Of a DNA stretch of 64,000 bases, positions 22,562-34,956 are shown in pieces. The position numbers and the translations under genes were made by a program. The stretch is taken from positions 496,001-560,000 of the forward strand of contig RSEE01000032.1 of the NCBI GenBank assembly GCA_003971905.1. The letters run 5' to 3'. How positions within the stretch are numbered: position 1 is the stretch's first letter; each line of letters begins with the position of its first letter. A model generated the notes under the pieces. The model saw nothing but the letters and a program-made list of their open reading frames with translations. It made no database searches and was not told the DNA's origin. The DNA is from Moniliella sp. 'wahieum'. Its lineage: Eukaryota.

Positions 22562-24355
22562 ATGTGCTGGTCCTTTTGGCCGCTTCTTCCAGCAGCATAT
22601 ATCCTCTCGCCATGAGCTTCTTTCTATGCTGATGCCCCTTCTGCTTCGGGGAACGCTACCAGTGACGATAGAGCCATTCCTGCTCAAGTTGAAGTAGGAG
22701 CGAGTACTGGGGAGTGGATAGGAGAGGGGCTCTTCCTTGCTGTTGGCTCCGTACGGGGTACGGGAAGGGGGAAGGGACTATTACAATCCCACTGCGGCAG
22801 ATGGATGAGCGAGGACCGCATTACCGTTTCCCGTCGTCTCGCCTATTGGGGGGAAAGACCGGTGCTGTCCTTCAAGGAAGAATGTCGTGGCTCACTGGGA
22901 GCGAGATGCGTGCCGAAGGGGGCGAACCGGCAGGGGAAATCTGGTTGTCATCTGCGTCGGTGGCATATATGGGTCCGTCAATACCGCCTGTGCCAAATCT
23001 GCTTTTATCTATACAGCATCTGCTCCTGCCTTGGCCGCCTCCCTGCCTACGTTTTGCGCTATTATTGCTTTGAGACGAAGTATGCCCCAGTCAGATAGAG
23101 TTGCGGTGGCGCTGTGCGTGTCTTCCCCTGGGTGCTCCGTGGGAGCCTGGAAACTGGGCGGATGATTTGGGTATGTGGTAGCATCATCCGACCGGGTGGG
23201 GGAGTGTAGAAGAAAACTCAAGCCACATAAGACGCATCCTTGTCTTGGTCCGTCTGAAATTGGGGGCCCGACGTCGGCGGGTCAAATTCGACTTGCGTTC
23301 AGGCACAGATTGGTGTTGAACAAAGTCAAGGCGCTGTCTTAATACGTGCCGCATTGCGTGTTGAGTTGAGCGTTGAGCATCCAGCGCCCCCTTGGTCGCT
23401 AATATGGGAACTGGAGGGGAAGGTATAGGGGGAAGACCCGGTGCTGTCCCCTTTACCAGTTCTACGCATCCGCGCGACAATAGTCGCCTCTTGCACAAGT
23501 GAATTGATGGTGCCACAGCATATGGCCACCCAATTGTGTGAGTATGTTCCTTTGCGATGACATCAGTCGCCCCGTGCCAGTTTACCTTACCTTTGTAGGT
23601 TACCCATGTGGCAACCGCCCTCCTTGTTTTCCCTTGTCCCCCGTTCTTCCTCTATTGCGTTGTTTCCCTTTTAAACCTTGTCTGTTAGCAATGGTTCCTG
23701 GTTTCCCCCCGGCCCATTGGCGTCTCCCCCTACTCTCCTCGTCAATTGATCAACCCAGTACTGCAGGCAACTCCTCCTCTTATTAGTTGCTCCTCCAGCT
23801 CCCGTCTTCAATTCTCCGTTCCTCGGTCCACCCAGTCGGCATGTGTCTCCCACGTGCCACGTCGAAGTCCAACTCAGTTCAGCCGCCGCCCCGCCCCGCC
23901 CCCAGTCTCTTAGTCTAACCCCAATCCAGCAGTGTGAGTCCTCCGCTGTGCCTCCTCCAAGTCCCTGAGTCCGAAGGCTTCAGACACGGTACTGCCGCTT
24001 CAAGTCGATGTTACGCATCAGCCGTATTGCCAACTTGCAGCTGCAGCCGCCTCTGCTATACGCAGAGGGGCCTATCGCTCTCGGGCCCGCCAATCAGCCC
24101 AAGCGCGTAACTACAGTGAGTTGACCTCAGGACCTCCAAGGGATTGTACCCCTTAAACTCCCTGGGCAGGCCCCCTACCAACCGGCGCCCGTGACAGAAC
24201 AGGGCTTCCTTTTCGCATCATATTCTCTGACCTCAGCCTCAGCGCTCATCCTGAGCCACAGTTGCTGTCGTTCTCTCCCACCTTTGAGAAGGGCGATCAG
24301 GGATCCCGGATCAGGCCTCAGGTTATTCAGGACCCACTGAGACTGTTGAGTACAA

Positions 24356-24542
24356 TGAAGTTGCTCATGAAGCTCTTGAAGCTCTTGAGGCTCTTAAATC
24401 TCTTGAAGCTTCCTTGAAGCTTGAAGCTTGTGAAGCTCTTGAGGATGAGCTTGAGGCTTGAGGCTTGAAGCTCTTGAGGCTTGAAGAGCTTGAAGCTTGA
24501 AGCTCTTGAAGCTCTTGAGAGCTTGAGCTTGAAGCTTGAAGC
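24356..24542. repeat. Longest AAGCTT-type array: mixed 7-nt (GAAGCTT/GAGGCTT) and 9-nt (GAAGCTCTT) units
   Basis: ..gaagctcttgaagctcttgaggctcttaaatctcttgaagcttccttgaagcttgaagcttgtgaagctcttgagg..gcttgaagcttgaagc. Confidence 0.92.
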
Positions 24543-25078
24543 GTACTGAGTAACTAAGTTTGAGTTAGGCGACGCTACAACACGGCAAGCAGGAGTCCGT
24601 CACAGAGTCACATGCCATGATATCATGTTAAACACGTTAAACGAGAGCCCACGGGATGGCATAGTCACACATCGTATGCATCATGCATCTGCATCACTGG
24701 TATATTCCACGGGTGTTCTCGCGTGCCCCATACACCACAGCCTCCTTTCGGCGGGTCACATTTTCACAACGTTTGCGATACGTGGAGGCTATAGTATTAG
24801 GTGAGTGGTTTGTTATCCTCTTCGTGTATCAACTAGGCCCTAGGCAGCATCAATCATCCGATTCTCTTCGGACTATGGGCAGCGATGCATGATGCATGAT
24901 GATATTGCATTTTGACTTCGTACTTGGCACTTTGCGCTGATTAATGATTGCGCGTATTGCTCTCTGCCACCAGCAAAACTCTCCCCTTTCAGTTTCCTCG
25001 CAAGTCTTGTTTTGCACGCTGTGCTAGATGCCACACACGGCACGGCCACCAGCGTCTCGTTGAATGTCAGACCAGACT

Positions 25079-25108
25079 TGAGGCCGGCCTAAGGCCTAAG
25101 GCCTAAGG
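25079..25108. repeat. (GGCCTAA)n palindromic heptamer array
   Basis: tgaggccggcctaaggcctaaggcctaagg. Confidence 0.85.
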
Positions 25109-26075
25109 TCGGTTGTGAGCTCACAGGTAAGGATGAGTGAGTTGCAGCGAAGTGGACGCGTTGGTGTTGTGGTCGCGACCCAGGAGGGGAAGGACAGCAA
25201 GGGGGGCAGTGGCCACAAGAAAAAACTGGAACGTGCTATTCCCCGCGCCTGCGGCTGCCGGCGCTCGGCGCTCGGCGGCAGTGTGGAAGGGTTGATCGTC
25301 CGGCAGGTGCGACATGTGACATCCATTGCACCCTGTCGATCCTCCCCCTTGCTGCGCTCGCACTCGCTGGGGCTCCGGGAACACTGGCATGATGCCGAGC
25401 TGTGGAATGCGGGGTTGACTGGCGGGGGGCGGTGAGCCCCACACACTGGCCGTTTGCGGCACCTCTGCGACGCGGGTAAGGCCTACGGCGGCTCAGAAGC
25501 GCTGAGCAGTCTCAGGTTTGTAGTGGGCTAGGCGCTACACGTTTGCCTGGGACGTGCTACGGACGTTCAGCTTATAGCGCGGCTGAGCTCAGCCTGAGCA
25601 CGCAGCAGGCCCGCCGCACGGGGTAGCTGGCTGCTGCGGAATGGCGGTGGGGGTATAGAGATGGGGTATGTCCATTGGGCACACAACCCCCGTGCCAACC
25701 TCCCTGCGCACCCAATCACAGCCATTTGCGGTTGCGGCAGCTGTGGGGCTACAGAACCAACCTGGCAGCAGCCGGGAATGCAGACAGCCTGTACCCAGAC
25801 AGTAGTGGCACCATGCATGCATGATGCACCACGGACGATCGATGATCCCAGTGGGCCACATGTCAGATGTCACAGGCCATACAGCACCCCCCCGTTCCAG
25901 CCTGCAGCTCTTGGCCCCGCTCTCTCCCCTTCTTTTCTTTTCTTCTCTTCCACCACCACCCCCATCGTCCCCTCCCCCCGCTCGCACACCTCGCTATAAG
26001 AGACGTGCTCCTTTTCCCGTCTGTCTCCCAACACACACCATCTTTTAACAACAACCTTCTTTTCTCCAATCTCCA

Positions 26076-27146
26076 ATGAAGCTTGGTGCCCTCAGCGTTG
26101 CAGCTGCCGCTGCCACCCTGGTTGTGGCTGGCGGCGTGCGTGATGCCAAAGCGGGCATGCGCCGCCACCATGGCATGGTCAAGCAAGTCCGCTCGAGTTC
26201 TTCCGACTCGTCCGATTCCGGCTCTTACTCTGATTCTGGCTCGTACTCCGACTCCAGCTCTTCCTCCGATGATGTCACTACTGTGCCTAAGAACGGTCTG
26301 GCCTGGCCCAACGGCCCTTGGCTCAACATCCAGCAGTACAAGAAGACCATGGGCTGGATGTACTCATGGGACGCCACACCCGCCACGGGCCAGCCCGACG
26401 CGGCGAACTTTGTTCCTGAGTCGATTCAGTTCTACCCTATGCTCTGGGGAGGCTCATCAGACCGAATTGCCAACTGGAAGAAGCACGTGCTGAACAACCG
26501 CAATGCGTCTCAGAACAGTGCCAAGGTAGCCATGGGCCCCAACGAGGTGAACCAGCAGGGCCAATCCGACATGAGCGTTCCGGATGCTTGCGACCTAATG
26601 CGTCAGTACATTGTGCCCCTGCACGACCAGGATGGCTGGACCATCATCGGCCCCTCTACGAATGGCGCCCCCAATGGAATTGACTGGATGAAGGAATTCC
26701 AGACCGAGTGTGCTGACGTGTGGAACAAGGTACGCCTTCTTCTAGCCTTGAAATACACTTATTGCCGTTGAGTTTGACACTGACTTGAATGCCCCCTTCT
26801 CAGATTTCTTCTGATTCGCTCCACTACTACGGTACGGATCCGGAGAAGGCCATCGAATACTTCAAGCTGTGGCACCACACCTTCGGTAAGCCCGTTTACA
26901 TTACCGAGACGGCCTGCATGAATTACGACGGATCGGCGGCGCCTAGCCTCAGTGACGCGTACAACTACGTTGAGAAAGTTAACCAGTTTGCCCAACAGAC
27001 CGACTGGGTCAAGGGTATTGCATTCTACGGAACTATGAGGAACCTCAACATCAACCATGTCAACCGTCTCTCTACCAAACAACGGAAGCCCCACCGACCT
27101 ATTCAACTTTTGGATCGCCCACACCCATCAACAGCAACAGTCGTGA
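26076..27146 (+). CDS. Secreted glycoside hydrolase family 128 (Asl1-like beta-1,3-glucanase)
   Basis: Signal peptide and Ser/Asp-rich linker, then KNGLAWPNG, GWMYSW, FYPMLWG, MGPNEVN (acid/base Glu), SLHYYG and FGKPVYITETAC (nucleophile Glu). Intron 26730..26803. TATA-like CTATAAGA near 25995. A frameshift near 27080 gives the ending ..PTDLFNFWIAHTHQQQQS*. Confidence 0.85.
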
Positions 27147-27523
27147 ACAAGGGTTCCGCCCTGTCGTACGCCGCCCCTCTTACATCTGCTCTCTGCGCTG
27201 GACGCCGACTCTTTTTTCTTTCTTATTGTCGCCTGCCCCCCGCGTTTTTCAGAGAGAGGCGCATCGGATCTCAGGCTGATGGATCTCATATTTTCCTTTT
27301 AGTATCTGTTGCTGTAACTATCATTGGGCAGGCTGTACTCAAATATGTTGTTCACCGTCGTCCCGTAAGAGCTTCTTACCAAAAAACATCTGCTAGGTTT
27401 TAGCATTACTTCTTTTTTGCTGTGGCAAGATAGAAAAAAGAGGGCAGCAAGGAAGGGGAGTTGCGCGCTCTATATGAACTTGCGGGAAACGCAACAGGAA
27501 CCGTATCTCCAACTTCACGTAAT

Positions 27524-27605
27524 GGCCTCTTGGCGCAGCGGTAGCGCGTGAGATTCCAGTAACAAGGTATCCTCAAGGTCATCCGTTCAAATCGGGTAGG
27601 GGTCA
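27524..27605 (+). tRNA. tRNA-Trp(CCA) with ~10-nt intron
   Basis: GGCCTCT TG GCGC AGCGGTA GCGC G TGAGA TT CCA G [taacaaggta] T CCTCA AGGTC ATCCG TTCAAAT CGGGT AGGGGTC A, followed by a T-run terminator. Confidence 0.9.
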
Positions 27606-28327
27606 TCTTTTTTTCGTTCATCGTCGAGATGACTTAAGCCTGATGACAACTATAGCTGGAATCGTATGCATCTCGTGCGCCACTGCTACGCCAAGACGAG
27701 CCCGCCAACTGTACAACGTCTGGAAAATCCACACATATAGGGCCCTCCCATGCGGAGACAAGGCAATAAATACTTCTAGCTCACATGCTCACAGTGAGCA
27801 CCTAATGTCGATCTGTGGGATTCAGATATTCAGTACTCGCAACATCATGCATCATGCATCACTGTACTCAGTCAGGGGGGGTGAGATGAATCGTCATCAT
27901 CTGCATCATCGGGCAGGTGGCAACCCGAAAACCTACTATCGAGATGGTCTCCATGGCTGCCGGCCATGTTGTGGATCAAACGATGGGAGAATTGGATGCG
28001 GGACTGGGAACCGAGGCGATGCAAGCCCCTCCTGGACGGAGAATGCCGGAGGGGCATGCTACGCAAACGCCCCTACTGTGGCCAGGGGTCAGGATGCAGC
28101 ACGGGGGGAGTGCTACGGCCCCCCCTGCGCGGTTTCTGCTTGGCACGGACCACACCGCCGCAAGCAATCTTCAGCCATACCAGGGTCGTGTGTGGGTGGG
28201 CAGCATCGCCCCCACCCCCCCTCGCCTCCTGGCCTCAGGCCTGAGGCCGCCTGAGGCCTCGTCCCGTAGCTGCCCGCCCCCAGAGCATAGCCCCCGTGCG
28301 TTTTTGCTCTCTGTGGTTTTGTGTGTT

Positions 28328-28336
28328 TATATAAAA
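28328..28336 (+). promoter_or_regulatory. Putative TATA box of PCK1
   Basis: TATATAAAA followed by a pyrimidine-rich leader and a predicted 5'UTR intron at 28459..28758. Confidence 0.55.
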
Positions 28337-28771
28337 CCCGCCTTTCTCCACACCTACCCCGCCGTCTCTTCTTCCCTCATCGCCATCCCGGGAGTGCCTT
28401 GCCATCCACCGCTTCCACCTCTTCTCCATCCGCATCCTTCTTGTGCCCGTCGCTCTTGGTGAGTCCTGCCCCGATGACGACAGCGCTGTTAGTAAACAAA
28501 AAGGGGTTTACATAACATCAAAACTTGGTGGCACGTTTACCCCGCAACGACCGCCTGCTCCCCCAACGGTGCGGCTGCGTGCTGCCCCGGCTGTGCGGCG
28601 CAGAGATAGCTCTCTTTGCCCCACCACGATATGATCCAGTGGACTAACTCCCCTCTTGTCTCCTTTTCTCGTTGCTCTACGGGTCTGCGCCGATGTTGCT
28701 ACTCGTCCTTCTCGCCCGTCCCTCGCATCCCTCGTAACCCTCGTATCCCACCGCGCAGTCTACTGTCCACC

Positions 28772-30488
28772 ATGACATCTCCCGGGAACCACCACGATGA
28801 TCTGCCCACGCACAACCCCGACTACAAACTGCTGGGCAAGGATCTCTCCCTCTTTTCCCAGGCGAATCTCGATATGAACAAGGTCAACATTAAGCGCAAT
28901 GCCTCGCCTGCCGAGCTGTACGAGGAAGCCATTATCAAGGAGAGTGCCGTCATTGCCTCCAATGGTGCGCTGATTAATTTTTCGGGAAAGAAGACGGGCC
29001 GTTCGCCCAAGGATAAGCGCATCGTCTTTGAGGAGACGTCGAAGAACGATGTCTGGGTATGTCATATTTCCCCTCTACCCCAGCCCAGCTGACCCATTCA
29101 ATCCTCTATTTTCCCAGTGGGGCCCAGTCAACATCAAGATGGACGAGCATACGTTTGAGATCAACCGCGAACGTGCGATTGACTACCTCAACACCCGCGA
29201 GGACGTCTATGTATTTGATGGGTATGCTGGGTGGGATCCCAAGTACCGTATCAAGGTGCGGGTCATCTGTGCGCGTGCCTACCATGCCCTGTTTATGCAC
29301 AACATGCTCATCCGTCCCACACGCGAGGAGTTGGAGAACTGGGGCGAGCCAGACCTGACCATCTTTAATGCGGGCCAGTTCCCGGCCAACCGCTTTACGG
29401 CGGGAATGACCTCGCCCACGTCGGTCGAGGTGAATTTCAACGCCGCGAGATGGTCATTCTCGGTACTGAATATGCCGGTGAGATGAAGAAGGGTGTGTTT
29501 TACCTACATGCACTACCTTCAGCCGGTCAAGTTTGGACAGCTTTCGCTTCACTCGTCGGCGAACGAAGGCCCCAAGGGCGATGTTACCCTTTTCTTTGGG
29601 CTTTCAGGCACGGGAAAGACAACGCTATCGGCGGACGTGAACCGCCTTTTGATTGGGGATGATGAGCACGTCTGGTCGGATACGGGCGTGTTTCATTGAG
29701 GGCGGGTGCTACGCCAAGTGCATTGGCCTGACCGAGGAGAAGGAACCGCTGCTGTACCGGGCCATCCGTTTTGGTTCGATTCTCGAGAATGTGGTGTACG
29801 ACAAGAACACGCGAGAGCCCGACTACAACGATGTTTCCATTACCGAGAACACGCGCTGCGCCTACCCCATCGACTTTATCCCCAACGCCAAAATCCCGTG
29901 CCTGTCCACCAACCACCGAGCAACATTGTTATGCTCACCTGCGACGCATACGGTGTGCTACCTCCCGTGTCCAAGCTCACCCCCGAGCAGGCGCAATACC
30001 ACTTTATTGCTGGCTACACATCCAAGACTCCTGGCACCGAGGACGGCATCTCTGAGCCCTCACCCACTTTCTCGACGTGCTACGGACAGCCGTTCATCGT
30101 TCTCCACCCGGGTCGCTATGCGGCCATGCTGGCTGAGCGCATGGCCAAACACAATGTCAACTGCTGGCTGGTCAACACTGGCTGGACGGGCGGCAAGTTT
30201 GGGATTGGGAAACGGTGCCCGCTCAAGTACACGCGCGCGATCATTGATGCCATCCACGATGGTTCCCTCTCCCGGGTCGAGTACGAGAACTTTGACGTGT
30301 TCAACTTGCGGGTGCCTAAGGCGGTGCCGAACGTGCCGTCGGAGCTGCTCAACCCGCGCAAGGCCTGGGTCAACGTCAAGGCATTTGAGCTCGAGGTGCG
30401 CTCGTTGGCGGCCAAGTTTGGGGAGGCAATGCTGCGCTACAACTCCGACCTCTCCCCGGCCGTGGTCAAGGCCGGGCCACAGGTGTAG
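28772..30488 (+). CDS. PCK1: Phosphoenolpyruvate carboxykinase (ATP)
   Basis: [37 protein letters not shown]-loop [53 protein letters not shown]. Intron 29057..29117. Several frameshifts. Confidence 0.96.
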
Positions 30489-30921
30489 ATGCACATGGAG
30501 AGGGCGGTCAGGCGTCAAGCTTCAAGGTTAACCCCGGCTCTCTCTGCATGTGTGCATCTCTCCATCTTCGCCCGCTCTCATCAGTCCTGCCCCTGGGGGG
30601 ATGGAGAGGAAGCAGATAAAGCGTCGCACTTCTGATTGTTTTGTGTTGTTGGGGCGTGGGGGGCAGGGAGTGGCACGGTGGCTGGCGATGCGTTAGGGGC
30701 ATATGGATGGCACGCGTGACGGCGGGCTGGTATGAATGAATCGGTACTCACATCCGCGGGAACGTTAGTGGACCATTAGCGTTTCGTTTAACCCCGCTTG
30801 GGTAGCTCAATGTGCCGCGGACGCTCCTTGGTTGGGGTCGGGTCGGGCTGGATTGGATTGGGCTTCCCTCTGTTGCTCGCGCCTCTCCTGTTCCCACGAC
30901 GCGGACCGAATGCGGCGATGA

Positions 30922-32346
<1,425 letters not shown>

Positions 32347-33112
32347 GTGTTTCCCATGCCGACCCTTGTGCTGCGCGCAGGGCGGCTTGTAACTGCTCCC
32401 AACACTCCCCTCTGGGGTGCCCATTGAGAGGAGGGAATTCTCGGATGCGGTGCATGGATTATGGACGCCATGTTCTCCTCATGACCTCCTGTTTTTTTGC
32501 TCGTATCAACCCTGCCCTGGCTCAAAAAAGGCATATTCCGACACCTGCTTTTCTCCTCTCTCTTGTAGTTGGACTGGGCAGCTCACTGGTGCATTTGGCA
32601 TCTACAAATACATGTCCAATTGTCCAATGATTCAAGCCTTGGGCTTGCAGACTATGAGGCGGACTTGGAGCTCGCAGTTTAGAGCTTGGAGCTTCACCCC
32701 AGTTGGTAGTAGTGTGGTTCCTGGCCGGGCAGGCAAAAAAACTTCTATTGAAGGGACGTATCCGCGGTAGCGTTCACTTGTGGACAGAGCATGCCTGCGG
32801 CAGCAATATATCCTACTTGTGTTCGTGTCGTTGACTTGGGAAGTCGATGCAGCGGCCAGGGACGACAAGGTGCGAAGCACATGGGTCAACAAGTGTAGGC
32901 GAGAGAGGCTTCGAACGCCCAGACTTACTAGCACCAGACTGATTAGACAGGCGCGCACTGCTAGGTTGCGTACACGTGGCCCCCGTGCTGCGGGCTGGCC
33001 TTCTTGGATTGTGCATTGTGCCTCGCTGCCCCAAATGACCTGCATTGGGCCAGAGGCCATCCGCCTCGGCCGCCCCATCCCCTCTCCACCAACCCTGCCG
33101 TCTCCGCCGCCA

Positions 33113-34541
33113 ATGAGCTCATCGCTGCGCTTTCTAGCGCTCGTGCGTCCCTTTGCAGGGATCCTCCCTGGGATTGCTGCCCCAGATCGCAAGGTGCCGT
33201 TCCAAAGCCGCGTGTTATGGACCGCCGTCGTACTCGGCATCTTTCTCGTCTCGTCCCAAATCCAGCTTTATGGCATGGTGTCCTCCGACAGCCCCGATCC
33301 CATCTCCTGGATGCGCCTAGTCCTCGGATCCAGCCGCGGTACACTGATGGAGCTGGGTATCAGTCCCGTGGTGACTGCGGGCATGATTATGCAACTCCTT
33401 GCTGGCGCCCATCTGATCGATGTCGACTTTAGCCTCCCGGAGGACCGCGCTCTCTTTGGCGGGTGCCCAGAAGCTGTTGGCCATGCTCATTCCGTTTGTC
33501 AGGCTACGGCGTATGTGTTGTCGGGCGTATATGGTTCTCCTTCCGAACTTGGCGCCGGTATGTGTGTCTTGCTGATCCTGCAGCTGGTTGTCGCCGTGCA
33601 GGTTGTGCTTCTGCTTGACGAGCTGCTGGTCAAGGGGTATGGTCTTGGCTCTGGAATCAGCCTTTTCGTTGCTACCAACGTTTGCCAGAGCATTGTCTGG
33701 AAAGCATTCAGCCCTTTGACCATCCCCACGAGCCACGGACCCGAGTTTGAGGGGGCCTTGCTCGCTCTGGTACACCTCTTCTTTTCGTGGAATGGCAAGA
33801 CGCGTGCTGCAAGAGGCCTTTTTCCGTGACAGCTTGCCCAACGTGATGAGCCTGTTGGCCACTCTGGTGATTTTTTTCGCCGTTATTTACCTCCAAGGGT
33901 TCCGTGTTGAGGTGCCAATCAAGTCGGTTCGCTCGGGGCCAACAGGGTCGGTACCCCGTCAAACTCTTCTACACGTCCAACATACCCCTTCTGTTCCTCA
34001 GCACATGACGAGCAACGTATTCTCATTTCCCAACTGCTTGGCGCACTTGCCTCGCACCCGATGTGCGTGTGCTGGGTGTGTGGCAATTCTGTGGCGACTC
34101 GCACCAGCTGCGTCCGGTGGGCGGCCTGGCCTACTATCTCTGCCCTTCCACTTCGCTGCTGGAGGCAATCAAGGACCCGGTCCATACCCTGGTTAATGCG
34201 GCAGTCACCTTGGTCGTGTGCGCCTTGATTTCCAAGGTGTGGATTGAGGTTTCTGGCTCGGGCCCGCGGGAGGTGGCCAAGCAGCTCAAGGACAATGGCA
34301 TGGTCATGGCCGGCCACCGGGACGGGTCGATGCACAAGGAGCTCAAACGGATTATGCCTACTGCCGCCGTCTGGGGCGGGGCGACAATTGGTGCCTTGTC
34401 GGTCGCGGCCGACCTGCGGGTGCGTTTGGCTCGGGAACGGGCATCCTCATGGCGGTTACCGCGGTCTACACTTACTTTGAGATGGGCCTGCGTGAATCGG
34501 GCGGCCCCGAGATGACCGCCTTGGGCGATTTGATGGGCTAA
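33113..34541 (+). CDS. SEC61: Protein transport protein Sec61 subunit alpha (divergent, no intron evident)
   Basis: [84 protein letters not shown]. Several frameshifts. Confidence 0.9.
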
Positions 34542-34730
34542 AGGCAGAACATGATATACACATGACCGTGACCATGATCGTGACCATGACCATGCCCATG
34601 GACCTTTCCGAGTCCTCGCACACTTCGTTGCTGGCTGTCCTTGTATACCGTGTTATGGACGCGGTCCTATTGCCTTACCTGCCTCTTTGCCCAGGGGCGC
34701 CGCTGGATAACCTAGCCAACTTGTCGTTGG

Positions 34731-34774
34731 AACCAAACCAAAACCAAACCAAAACCAAAACCAAACGAACCAAA
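34731..34774. repeat. (ACCAA/ACCAAA)n microsatellite between convergent genes
   Basis: aaccaaaccaaaaccaaaccaaaaccaaaaccaaacgaaccaaaa. Confidence 0.85.
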
Positions 34775-34956
34775 ACGCATGCCTAACATAATCTTCCCTT
34801 CTGCCGCCAATCCCTGACTAGGTTTTCGGACTAGTTGCGCCTGAGCTTCTGCGGCTCAGATACCTACATTTTTTGCAATGGTTTACCGAGTTTGTCGTCA
34901 CTTGACGTAGTTATGCTAGGGTCGATCACTGACAAGAGATGAATAATGAGGTACGG

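Noticed and set aside
24356..24542. CRISPR-like array
   Set aside because: Units are 7-9 nt with no unique spacers, there are no cas genes, and the context is eukaryotic.
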